A stretch of DNA of 59,739 bases, the filler included, from Dimargaris cristalligena (Eukaryota): the NCBI GenBank assembly GCA_003614675.1. It is 4 parts of 4 records of this genome, joined end to end, with 100 filler letters (N's around TTAATTAATTAA, not from the genome) between each part and the next. Parts side by side here need not be neighbours in the genome. Positions count along the whole stretch, not along the records: positions 1 to 14,873 come from ML002927.1; positions 14,974 to 29,838 come from ML002928.1; 2 more parts are not named here. One strand, given 5' to 3'. The position numbers were made by a program, and so were the translations under genes. Positions 12,935-24,020 of the stretch are shown one piece after another. The notes beneath the pieces are model-generated. The model was not told where the DNA came from and did no database searches. It was given only the letters and a program-made list of their open reading frames with translations. Position 1 is the first letter of the stretch; each line of letters starts with the position of its first letter.

Positions 12935-13432
12935 CTATTGGTTGATCAACCTCTTGACCAGGGACTTATCCTCATAGGCCGATTCAGGTAGCATGAGATT
13001 CTTAGGTAGAGTGGACTGGAGTGCCATAAACAATATGAATACTTCCATATGACCATTTGAGATGGAGCTGTGGTTGAGACAAACCAATCTTCTGGATGCA
13101 AACAAGGGGGAGCAGTGCTCAGGAAATATTGGGTTGGGAGGGTCAGCCTCACCATACTTGGCTGTCAATATCAAGGCAGCCCAATGGAATCCCAGATAGT
13201 GGGAACATCCAATTAGTTCAGCAGGATTGAAAGTCACCTTTTATAAAGCCCTATCCATAAGACCATGGAGTTCAAATTCTAGGGACATTAGGACCACAAA
13301 ATGAAAGCTCCAGCCCAGCAATTGTTTAGCATATGGGAGTAGTTCAACAAGGCTATATAACAAACAATACATTTGATGAGGCAAATACCACTGGTTGAAA
13401 ATAAACATCCCACTGAGTTTCCCATATACATA
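12935..13432 (-). pseudogene. Decayed ORF of unknown family (~165 codons, one in-frame TAA)
   Basis: The frame of track ORF 12935-13237 extends upstream to 13432 with only TAA at 13241-13243. It lies in CpG-depleted DNA next to LTR copy 2. Confidence 0.3.
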
Positions 13433-13522
13433 TCAGTTAAACTCTTATACAGCCAAGTTGAACTTCACCCATATAGAATTCTGACAATATACTAATTAAG
13501 CTTTTTGAATTACTAATATGCC

Positions 13523-14103
13523 TATCACCCAGGGTTAACCACTTTTAGTCCATCAAGAGTCCTAAGGATAGGCTTCTAATGGTAGGCAGGGCTTAGACCT
13601 AGCCAAGCAGGCTACTAGCATTAGGATGGGGTGTAGTACTAACCAATAAAGGATAAGTGCAAGTAAATGCAAGGGATAGGCAGTGGGTACACTTACTAGT
13701 TAGCACCAGGGGGAATGAGCATATAGGGTTTATTGAGGTAAACTGGGGGATATGAATAAGCTGCCCTTGAACCAGTCCCAGTGGGGCCTAGTTATATATA
13801 CACAGGGACAGCTCCAGAGGGAGGTCCTAAGGGAAATACTACTATGGCTAAGGTGTGGATAAGTAAAGAATCCAACTGGATGGCTTTGCATTGGGAAGTC
13901 TCGTATGGGAACTGGAAGAGTCTTAGATCAGCGAGCTGAGTATTTGGAGTACAAAGTGTTGGGGTCAAATGAGTAGGGTTGCATAATAAAAGATGGCCCC
14001 ATAGTACTGGGGGTGATTATGGGAGGGTTAATATGGCACTATAAGGCCTAATAAGGACAGGTAATCATTAGGTCTGGATTAAGTTGGATTAGGAGGGCTG
14101 ACA
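13523..14103 (-). mobile_element. LTR copy 2 (same subfamily as 558-1162)
   Basis: Aligns by eye along its length with 558-1162 (e.g. GGATAGGCTTCTAATGGTAGG, GGGAGGGTTAATATGG, GATTAGGAGGGCTGACA). Confidence 0.85.
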
Positions 14104-14682
14104 CCTGGGTTAACTACTCTTAGACTGTCATGAGTCCCAGGGATAGGCTTCTAATAGTAGGTGGAGCTTAGGCTTAGCCAAGTGGGCTACTAGTGTTAGG
14201 TATAGGGCACAGTACTAAATAATAAAGTCTTAGTGGCAGGGATATATAAGGGATATGTAGTAGTACACTTATGAGTTAATGCAAGGGGGTAAGTATATAT
14301 AGAGTTAATTTGAGGTAAACTAGGGGGTAAGAATAAGCTACAGAGTCTAACTAGTCCCAATAGGGCCCAGCTATATATACGTGGAGATAGCTCTAGAGGG
14401 AGGTCCTACAGAAAGGATACTACTAAGACTAGGGGATAGATAAATGGGCTGACCAGGCAGTTGTGGGTATCCAGAAGACTCTGATGGTAACTGGAAGAGT
14501 CTTTGGATTAGCACTGGAGTAATTAATGTAAATAGGTGGAGTCTAGAAGGGGAAGGGTTATATAATAAAGGATGATCCCATAGTATTTAGAGTGACTATG
14601 GGAAGGTTAATATAGTACTTTAAGGCCTAATATAGTCATACACCTAATCTGGCTGGATTAAGGTGGGCTAAATGGTCTGATA
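14104..14682 (-). mobile_element. LTR copy 3, directly tandem to copy 2
   Basis: Begins CCTGGGTTAACTACTCTTAG immediately after copy 2's TGACA and ends AAATGGTCTGATA. It is an inverted match to 9605-10184. Confidence 0.85.
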
Positions 14683-14757
14683 GTATATAGTAATGGCTAC
14701 TGGTCACATAATGAGTAAGATAGTCAGAAGTAAATAAAACTAAATGTTCATAGGTAT

Positions 14758-14824
14758 TGTAAAGAACTGAAATCAAATCCTTGAAAACTGAACTTTATTA
14801 GAAAAGATAGATGATAAGAAGGGA
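14758..14824. repeat. 67-bp inverted copy of positions 1-67
   Basis: The reverse complement matches 1-67 with 4 mismatches. Confidence 0.9.
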
Positions 14825-14873
14825 AAGGTGATAATAGACTTGCTGTTCCAAGAGGTGGCAGTAAGGAGGAGTA

Positions 14874-14973
14874 NNNNNNNNNNNNNNNNNNNNNNNNNNN
14901 NNNNNNNNNNNNNNNNNTTAATTAATTAANNNNNNNNNNNNNNNNNNNNNNNNNNNNNNNNNNNNNNNNNNNN
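14874..14973. other. Artificial contig spacer N44-TTAATTAATTAA-N44
   Basis: 100-nt spacer carrying a linker with stop codons in all six frames. Confidence 0.98.
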
Positions 14974-16418
14974 ATGTTAACCCAGGGCGGGGTGACCTGA
15001 GCCGCGGTGGTGGCGAAGTGGCCGTATCCGGTATCGTGGTACCGGCTGTTGTACGGCGGGTGGGGGTGGCTGGGATAGACCGTGTGGGACTGGAATTGAC
15101 CAGGATGGGACGGTACCACTGGCTGGGCGCCTCCGCCGGCGGTATTGAAGGAAGCCCGGTGGGGGACGGGATGAACCAGCGATTGGGTACGGAAACTGTT
15201 CAGCGGAGCCACGCCCGTCGATCGGAAGGTTGGTCCTTCCAGTCCCGCCGCTGGGTGTGGGACGGTGTTCGACGAAGGCAACCGCCGGGATGACGATCTG
15301 CTGGAATGGGAGGCAACGACAACGCCCGCCGTACTGTCGTACATTGAGGTGTCACTGGGCGAATGTAGTCCGGCGAAGCTGGTGGTCGGCGCGGGTAGTG
15401 GGGTGTCGCCAGCGTGGGGGTGGTGGACAGAGGGGCGCTGGTTGGTGCTGGATATAGATACATACATAGGATCAACCACCGAAGTCCGGTTACCAGCCCG
15501 CTGGGACAGGCTCATGCTGGGTAAGCTATCGTAACTATGGGTCCGCCGCGTGGGGTCCAGGGTAGGCCGGTCATGGAGCGACATGTTAGCCACGGAATAG
15601 TTAATTCGGTCGGGGAAGGGCTTGCGGCTGGTGGTCGTAGAGTCGCCGGCCGAGTAGCCCGCCGAGGCAGCTGCTAGCATGGCCTGTTTTTGAAGCGAGT
15701 AGGCCGTGGGTAGCGGCCGGGTTGAGGTAGAGCCTTTCAAACCAAAACCGCCGCTGGCTTGGCGGGAGTGGAGCCGGTGGGAATGGGAGGTCTGCACATT
15801 CCCAGACCCAGAATTCGCGATAGTATCTGTAGCTATGACACCGCCGGTGGGGGGCATCTGGGGCAGGGTTCCGTCGGCACCGATGCTCGGGAGGAGCTGG
15901 TGGGGGTAGTGATTAGGTAGTTCCGTTGTGACCCCGGCTAATGGGGGGTACAGGCTATGTCCCGATCGGTTGCTTACCAGTGGGAGCTGGTCGATACCCC
16001 CATTCAAACCGGGGGGACGGCCCGGCGGGGCGTGGCTGGAAGCCGAGGTTGTGTGATTTGGGTGCTGGTGGTGGAACGACCCGGAGTAACTGTAGCGGTG
16101 CGTCATGTCGGCACGTGTTGAGTTTGAGGCAGTTGAGTGAAGCAGCCGACTGGAACTCGGAACGGTTGGTGATTTCACAGGGGCGGGAGAGTACGCGAGT
16201 GGTATTGGCTCACCAGATTCTTCGTGGTGGGTCAAGCTGTCCAAGGCCGGGAAGCCGGGTTGGCGGCGAGTGGGTGACACGAGCGGGTGGGAAGGTGGGG
16301 GTTCCCCGTTGTATAAAGAAACGTTGGACTGGTAGAATGGTAAGTTGGGATTGTGGTGGGGCTGCTGGAGGACGATGGGCGGTGAGTCTCGTAAAGGGTC
16401 GGGTGAATAGACAGACAT
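14974..16418 (-). CDS. Hypothetical protein, N-terminal Pro/Ser/His-rich low-complexity part; truncated at contig end
   Basis: About 480 open codons from ATG 16418 with coding-like composition and many RxxS motifs. It runs into the gap; the track's stop comes from the linker. Confidence 0.75.
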
Positions 16419-19400
16419 TGGACTAAACTAAGTAAGCCGGGCTAAGGCAGTGTAGAGGGCATGCAAGAAATGTGAGGGGTTGGAACGATAGGACCGAGTA
16501 GAGAAGACAGTGAATGGAAGATACGCGCCCTGAGAATAGCGGATAAACGGACTAATAGGAGGAGGGAGCGTGTGCGATTCCAGAAATTCAACACGTTGCC
16601 ACTGAAAGTGAAACCTTAGTGGTGGAGAGAGGGTGTAAGCACGAGTGGACGGTAGATAAAATACACCAATACTGTACCGAAAAGTGTTGGTCGAAACTCG
16701 CTGCGGGCAAGAGACGGCAGCTACCCTGCGCCCAATAAACAGGGTTCCGCAGGTTCACAAAGGAGAGAATGGGTAAAAAATGAAGGGATTAGAAAGAAGA
16801 GATTCGCGGATACGGCCGGCTTCAGGTAGGGTTGTGTGTGTGCGAAAAAAGGGGGTTAGGTAATGTGCCGGCAAGTGAGAAGGAATAGTAAAGACGGGAA
16901 GATTTCAGGCCGGTCCTAATAAAACCACTATAGGGAGGAGGTAGAGTAACACAACCACTATAGCTGGAAAGAAGAAGCGGGGGGTCGATCGGCGTAACGC
17001 TCTAGTCGAGGTGAACCACCCGGTCTTTAAGTATGCGGTTTAAGTTAGTAACAGCAGAGTGGCTGGCGGCTATAAAGGTCAAGGTGGGGCGCGTCGAGAA
17101 AAGGTGAAACCAACAAATGCCCGGGAAAGAGGGTTGGGCCGGACAAACACTACAAGGAACGGACGGAGTCGCGGAAAAGCACAGAGGGTGGTGGGGGGGT
17201 AAGGACAATAATAATAAAAATAAAAATCAAACGACGAGAGCGACGGAAAAGGAATGCGAGCGCAGAGGGCAACTGGGGATAAGACGGGTATGGTGGGTGT
17301 ATAAAATAGACCAATAAATTTGGTTGTCCAGGGATGATTACGTCGTGGAAGTGAAGCGAGTGTGTGTGGACGATGGGCTGTGTCAGTAGTGAGGAGGGGT
17401 ATATAGGGAGAAGATTGTGTTGACAAGGGATGAAAAAGTACAAAAGGCAAGAAATTTGGCAGGTGAGACGCGGGATGAGTGATCCGGAGGCGGTGGGGGT
17501 GTGATAATAGGATTTCGGGTGGGGGAGGGAAAGAGCATAAGGGCGGAGGAAAGAGAGAACCTCTGGCCAAGATGGACCAAATGGGAGAGATAGATAATCT
17601 TTGGGATTCTAGATAAACCCCTTCCTACGTGATACTCCCCCATCGGCTTAACCTTTGTTTGTCTTTGGTACACTCACCAAAGAAAAAGAATAGCAGCGAT
17701 GGTAGCTGTTAATGCCCGACACCAATGCCGGCGCTTGCATGACATACATGCCGCTGCTGTTATCCACCAGCAGCCTAGACTGCGCACACTCTCGGCTGAT
17801 GAGATAAGCCAAGTCAGCCAGAGGATGTGAGGTTCGGATGGTGACGGGTGGCGAGACTACGCCGCACAGCCTCGGAGGATCGTAAAACACCTGTAAAGTC
17901 TAATGCGCCCTTTAATCACGGCTGGGACCGGCAAGATAGCAAGAAAAGGTAAAGGGGCGGCTAAAAGCCCATTTTACTTACGTTTTTTCGTTTTCCGGCT
18001 ATACGACGTCCAGTGCGCAACAGAAAGCAATATGTAGGGGAATAGGTGCCTCGTATTATCCAATCTAGAATCAGGAAGCTATAGGTAGGGTTAGCCGGGG
18101 GGTGGGACCAACACTAACGAAACAAGGGTAGAATTGCTCAGTGTTTATGTGAGGGTGGGTGTATGTGTGTGTGTGAGCGGGGTAGGCGTGTGTATGTGTG
18201 TGGGTGGGTCTGTGTGTATGTGTACGGGTAGCCGGCCAGTTGGAGGTAGCAGCGGGGACCCAAGTTCAGAATTAGGTAGGTGTATGAGTGGGAAAATACA
18301 GTATATACGGTAATAACTGTGGGGGCGGGGCTAGGGAATACAGCAAACGAGGGAGGAGAGGGGTGGGGTGGGTGACAAAGAAGGCCAACCGAGCTGGAAT
18401 GAGGAACTATTTCGGGTAAATATTTCAATATGTGGGCTACGAGGCCAAATAGGTAAAGGGACTGCCCAGTAGTAGGCTGAGTGGTGGTGGTGTTTCGAGG
18501 AAGAAAAGAACCCCGACAAAATGAGAGGGGGGTCAGGTCAGAGGCAAAAGTGGATTCAGCCAATAGAAAATATACCCTTAAAATGAACCGGAAAATGAAC
18601 CGAAGCGGAGACAAAAGGGTAAAGGAACGACAGACCTGGCAGTATCTATTGTTATAGTGAATCATCCAGATTGTATGCTATGCCAAGGCAGATGGGGAAC
18701 CAGTGGAAGGTTTTAAATATAATAATGGTGTGCATATAAGCCACACGACAACAGCCGTGCATATATAATCTCGCTAGTAAGGCCGGAAAATAGTCACACA
18801 CACACACCCTCCTTTACCAACCCCGCTCACTGTAAGTGTTTCTAAGCCAATTGACAAATATTACCCTCCCTTCTTTATTATATGCTGTTATGGGGGGGAC
18901 GGTGGTAAATGTGTCAGTAGTGGTGTACTACCTCCCCCCCTTACTTGTGGGGAAAGGACCAGACAACTGCTTCTATTCAAGAGAAGCCCAGTCGGCGGTA
19001 CCCATAAGTCCTTTTTGGTTCAGCGACAACCACAGCCCGGGCCGCGACAATGCCCGCCCCCCCTCATCTCTTCTATTTCCTTGTTCTTCGACCTTGACCA
19101 GGGCAACTGACTGTGTGTAGTCTGGCCGCCCCATTCTGTCCTATTCCAAACAACCAGTGGAAACATATTATAGTGTTGGTGGTGCTTGACCAACCCATCT
19201 ACCGGAAAGGGTGACCAAGGCCCATCATCATGAGAATTCCTGCGGCTCGCGGCGACATTGGGAGAGAAGGCAGCGGCGGGATACGGCAGCAAAGGAGAGC
19301 CACGGTGCAGATAAACAAACCCAACGCAAACACCACTTGCCTTGGCTGATATAGATTGCTCATCATCTAGCGTACGGGTAAATGCACCGGCGGAACCCAA

Positions 19401-21761
19401 TCCAACCCTATAGTATAGTAAGTAAGCCTTCCAACCATCGACATCACCGTCGTATACCGGTTAACCTCTCTACACACGCCAATTTATCACTGGGAGAGAT
19501 GGAGCGAGCGTATGTATGGTGTGTCCGGCTGGCTTATCGGGCTCTATTGATTTCATCGCACTCCGTTACCAATTTCCTCACCACGCACACCCAACGGTGG
19601 CGGCTCACACCACCGCCCTTAAATAACTCTGTAGGGTCGCCCGATTGCCCTCTCCCCAATACACCCCTCCTCAGTCACTCGTCTGGTGGTGGTGGCAACC
19701 TCCGGCTGATGTTTTTGTAGTATGGAGATCCATTCTTCATTAAATCATTGGACCTGGACTCCATTGGAATGTTCGAACCTGATGTTATTGGGGAACCGCC
19801 TTTTTGCTTGTCTCTTTCACTCACATACACACTCTCAGTTGGTCCAGTCATTTAAATTGAATGTTATAATTTGGGGCTTTTTTATTGAACGACAAAAAAC
19901 AACAACAATAGCGAACCTCCCATTGTAGCACTATAGTTCCAGGTATGGCATTCAATTAGCCCTAGGAAATGCGATATTAACAGACATTTCCAATCGTAAT
20001 CTTTACAATGGCATAAGTGGACATGATCAGTGAATAGGATAGCCAGGGTGTGGGGGGTAGCTGCTAATTTCCGACCTTTCACTGCTCAATAGAAGTGCAG
20101 TGAATACATGATATGCATTGAAAGGAAGTGGGAGAGGGCCGTGGTACAAATATGCAGCAGGCCTTAAGTCTTCCAGGCTATATGGGCGCATAAATGTATG
20201 CATTAGCCGCTCCCCTCCCTGGGCCGATGTTTGCTTTCCACTATATTTTAATATCTGCCTCGTCTACTCGATTATTTTAGGTTCTCGCAAGCTCATGGAG
20301 TATTGCTTGTCTATTGCGCTAGTCCCCCGTGTATGTGTAGCCGTATACGCCAATATAGCAGGATAACCGCTTCATTTATGTGTAAGCCAAACTAATTCAA
20401 TGACCTGGCCTTAACTGTTAACCTATCCACACTAAAGGCATCGGTTGGTTTTTAAAAAACCACAGCCAGCCCAAAGTAACAGGCCTGTACAACCCGAGGT
20501 ATATAATTCGGCTTCCATTTTCCACTTTAGCTTATGGCCATCAGGCCGCGCCCTGGCCCTGGCCTGATTTACCCTATCCTACTTCAACCCACTCAATCAG
20601 GCCAAAATATGTTTGCCAAGGCAATTTATATATATATATCTAATCCGCGCTTTACCCCTGGATTTAGGTAATTGGCGACGTATAGTCACGCCCAGTTTGG
20701 TTTAAGATGGGCATCTGCCCTTTGCTCTGTTTGGTTATACTAGCCCGCCCGGCTCATGCATGGCATCCCCCCTCCCTATTTCGTAAAGCCATGTCCCGAC
20801 AGTCCAGCCATCACACCCCCACCTCACTCAACTACTAGTGGGTCCCCCAATGTCGGTTGCCTGTTGAAGAATGCCGACCCGAAGTTAACCGATAAAATCA
20901 AATAGTGTTTATCGCGCCGTTTGAAAGCCATTGGAAGTTGGAAAATCGGTGAACCGTTTTCCTGTCACCAATCCAGCCTATATCCTTGGATTTACCCCCA
21001 CTATAGTCTAAAGTACCGGTTGGGGACGATCTCTACCTAAAGGCCATTCCGGAAATGTAGCTGTTCCCAACGGCTAGCCAGTCGTGTAATGTGATACTAA
21101 ATTGGGGAGTATCACTCAACCAGTCAACTAACCAGTCAATCAACCTAGCCTTGCTCACACAAGTGGACATTGGGTTTGCAGGTTAAACCAGCGGTCCCTA
21201 AATGCGTTAACAAGGTTAAATGAGAGGGCATGCGTATATAGAATTTGAGTGTCAGGGGCACTATGACTGAAGTAGGTCTTATATTAATCTAATGTGGGGG
21301 ATAGATGGTAGTGGGTCTTCAAAGAACCGCAGGGCTCAACGCCCTAATAGGTAGTGGATAAATGTGTTTGTAATGTGAGCCGATCGGTTGAGACGACTGG
21401 GGGGGGGTATAGTAATGGGGATATAGAGATGGGCAATATAGTGGTCATCTCAGTAGTAGAATGGGGAGGGGTTAGGCATCAAAGAGTGTAATGAGGGTTT
21501 GGGGAAAATGAAAATGTGATGGTGATAATGAGCGACATAGATTTATGGAAGTAGTATAGCGGGGAATCAGTGGACAAGAGCAGTATATATTGAAAACCCT
21601 CTAGGGAGTAAGAGTGGTCCAATATATTAGAGCTGAGGTAGTTCCACTGATTTCCAAGTGCACTGACACCATTCTATTTCAAACTTGGGTAATATACTAT
21701 ATAAAAAAGGAAACATATCTAAAAATAAATGGAGCGATGCCATCATGCATTCATTTTCCAT

Positions 21762-24020
21762 TTACTGGGTGCCCAGAACAGAGTGAGCTTCGTTCACGCA
21801 CTGTTGCAAACGGATGGGGTCTTTAATGGCATAGGCCAGGTATCGGATATCGGTCTTGTTATCCAGCAGCCACACAGTGACTTTAGTGGAGTCACGGACA
21901 CCCAGACCCTTAACCAAGGGGAATAGTTTGGATCCCAGTTTCTGCTTGCGTTCATTCCCGGTCTTTTCCATGAGCGAAGCAATAAAGGCCTCGATGAGTT
22001 CGTCCGTCTCTTCGTCCACGCTGGCTGGTGTGGGGGTGGAGGGAGTGAGAGTGGGACAGGGGCTAGGGCTGGAGGGGGGCTGGGCGACGGTAGGTGGAGT
22101 GGGGGTGGGTGTGACCGGTGCGACAGAGCTACTCAGCTTCTCCACTGGACTGGGAGTAGTTGGGGCAGCGGGTGTGGTCACCTGAACCGAAGCGGGGTTT
22201 GACTGTCTCGGGGGACTAGTAGGTGCTGATCCGGTAGCCGCCGTTGCTCCAGTCTTCTTCTTGGGGGTCTTATCCTTATCCTTATCCTTATCCTTGGCAC
22301 TGGCTGCGGCCTGGTTCTTCTTATGCTTGGCCCGGGCCTCCTTCACTTTAGATTCCAACAGAGCCTTATCCTGGAACATAGCCAGGACCTCATCCAGATC
22401 ATAGGTGGCCAGAATCTTGACAATGGCAGGGGCATCATGCAGGGAAATGGCAGGGTTCGTACTCATGGTGTTGATAAGCCGGGCCTCTAGAACCTTGGCG
22501 CGGGCGGTGTCGGACAGACCCCGCAGGGTGGTGGCGTTCAGGGCCGTATCCTTGTTGGCCGACGTGGGGGAGGCCACCACATTTGGGGACGGTGACGCCG
22601 CGGTGTGGAGGGGGTTGCCGTTGCTGAGACTACCGCTGCGGGACTTGGTCTCAAAAGTGGCGCGGGTGGGCGTGTTAACCGCACTGTTCGAGGCACTCGG
22701 CGGGGCCGTGGTGGTTCTAGCGGCTCCAGCCTGGGCGGGGGAAGCCGTGGCCGCAGCCCGAGTCGGAGTCGGGGTCAGAGTAGAGCTGGAGCCGGCCCGG
22801 TTGGAATCATAGGGACGCATTATGATTTTCTGACCCTTAAGTTCATGGCCGATAAGGGCGGAGATCGCATTGGTGACATCGTCTGGATTAGCAAAGATCA
22901 CCAGGCCGGTTCCTTTGGATACCTTGATTTGCTCGTCAATGTTCACCTTGGCGGAGTAAATGTATCCGAAGGGTTTGAAGGTTTGGAATAATTCGGAGTG
23001 AGACACATGGGGGTGGAGGTTCTTGACGAACAGCTTGCAACTATCCGGACTCTGAGTAGCCATCTGGGTGGATTTAGTGGCCGCCGAGGGCGAAGAAGTG
23101 GCCATGGAAGTCGGGGACAATGGGCTTGGACTGGCGGGGGCAGTGTAATCGTCCCGCTTCATACTCGGGGTGCGGGGAGTGAGGCTCGGGTTTCGTTGGT
23201 GATGGTGGGCTTTGTTGTGGGTGCTAGGCGACCGCTGCGATAGTCCCTCCGGAACCCCACCGCTACCGCTAGGTTTGCCCCGGCTAGGGGTGCGCTGGTT
23301 GTTAATTTGGGGGGTCAATTTGCGATCCTTGGGGAGAAAGGGGCCCACCGAAATATTATTGCCCTTGTACTCGATGAAGCTGAGTTCGTTGATGGCCCGG
23401 TCGTTATCCTCGGGCACCACATACTGTACCACGGCATAGCCCCGGCAGACGCCTTGGTCACTGAACCCGATGCGACAAGCGAACAACGGACCGATGGACC
23501 GGAACAATTCGAACAAACTAGCTGGGTCGGCGTCATCGGGCAGCTGGCGAACCACCAATTTGGGTTGGCGCAGCTCCCATCCCTTACGGTAAGGGTCCAC
23601 CGACTCCAGGGGGGACAGGTACAGCATGCACTGTTCTCTGGCGTGGTCGTCCTTACTCAGGTCCGGTTGGGGGGCCCCGTGGAGGGTGGCGAAGACCAGT
23701 TCGGCGGCCTGGGTGGACGGGAAGTCCACCTGTCCCTTGGTGAGTTTGGATTCGGTGTCCACGGAAATCTGAATGCCCGTGGCCGAGTAGGCCTTGAACA
23801 CCGCCTGGACATCCTGGATAGTGGCGGAGGCGGGTAGGCCAGCAAAGTACAGGCGAGGCTGTGTCAGGGGTAGGCCAGCGGCGAGGTCCTCGGCGGCCTG
23901 GGTATGGCCGGACAGGCCTAGGCTGGAAATGTCGTTGGCCAGTCGGTCCACTTGTTTGCTGCGACCGTCATGCTGGGCGGACACTTTGCGGTTAGTAGGT
24001 CGGCCCTTGTCAGTTAGCAT
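21762..24020 (-). CDS. Rrm4-like RNA-binding protein (3 RRM + 2 MLLE/PABC), 752 aa
   Basis: RRMs: LYFAGLP..KGQVDF, LVVRQLP..RGYAVVQY, LFVKNL..KGTGLVIF. MLLE-like blocks: ARAKVLEARL..APAIVKIL..LLESKVKEA and RKQKLGSKLFPLV..STKVTVWLLD..LQQCVNEA. Confidence 0.85.
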   Translation of the reverse strand: MLTDKGRPTNRKVSAQHDGRSKQVDRLANDISSLGLSGHTQAAEDLAAGLPLTQPRLYFAGLPASATIQDVQAVFKAYSATGIQISVDTESKLTKGQVDFPSTQAAELVFATLHGAPQPDLSKDDHAREQCMLYLSPLESVDPYRKGWELRQPKLVVRQLPDDADPASLFELFRSIGPLFACRIGFSDQGVCRGYAVVQYVVPEDNDRAINELSFIEYKGNNISVGPFLPKDRKLTPQINNQRTPSRGKPSGSGGVPEGLSQRSPSTHNKAHHHQRNPSLTPRTPSMKRDDYTAPASPSPLSPTSMATSSPSAATKSTQMATQSPDSCKLFVKNLHPHVSHSELFQTFKPFGYIYSAKVNIDEQIKVSKGTGLVIFANPDDVTNAISALIGHELKGQKIIMRPYDSNRAGSSSTLTPTPTRAAATASPAQAGAARTTTAPPSASNSAVNTPTRATFETKSRSGSLSNGNPLHTAASPSPNVVASPTSANKDTALNATTLRGLSDTARAKVLEARLINTMSTNPAISLHDAPAIVKILATYDLDEVLAMFQDKALLESKVKEARAKHKKNQAAASAKDKDKDKDKTPKKKTGATAATGSAPTSPPRQSNPASVQVTTPAAPTTPSPVEKLSSSVAPVTPTPTPPTVAQPPSSPSPCPTLTPSTPTPASVDEETDELIEAFIASLMEKTGNERKQKLGSKLFPLVKGLGVRDSTKVTVWLLDNKTDIRYLAYAIKDPIRLQQCVNEAHSVLGTQ

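Noticed and set aside
14918-14929. TTAATTAATTAA repeated three times at ~15-kb spacing
   Set aside because: Artificial linker, not a biological repeat or piggyBac site.
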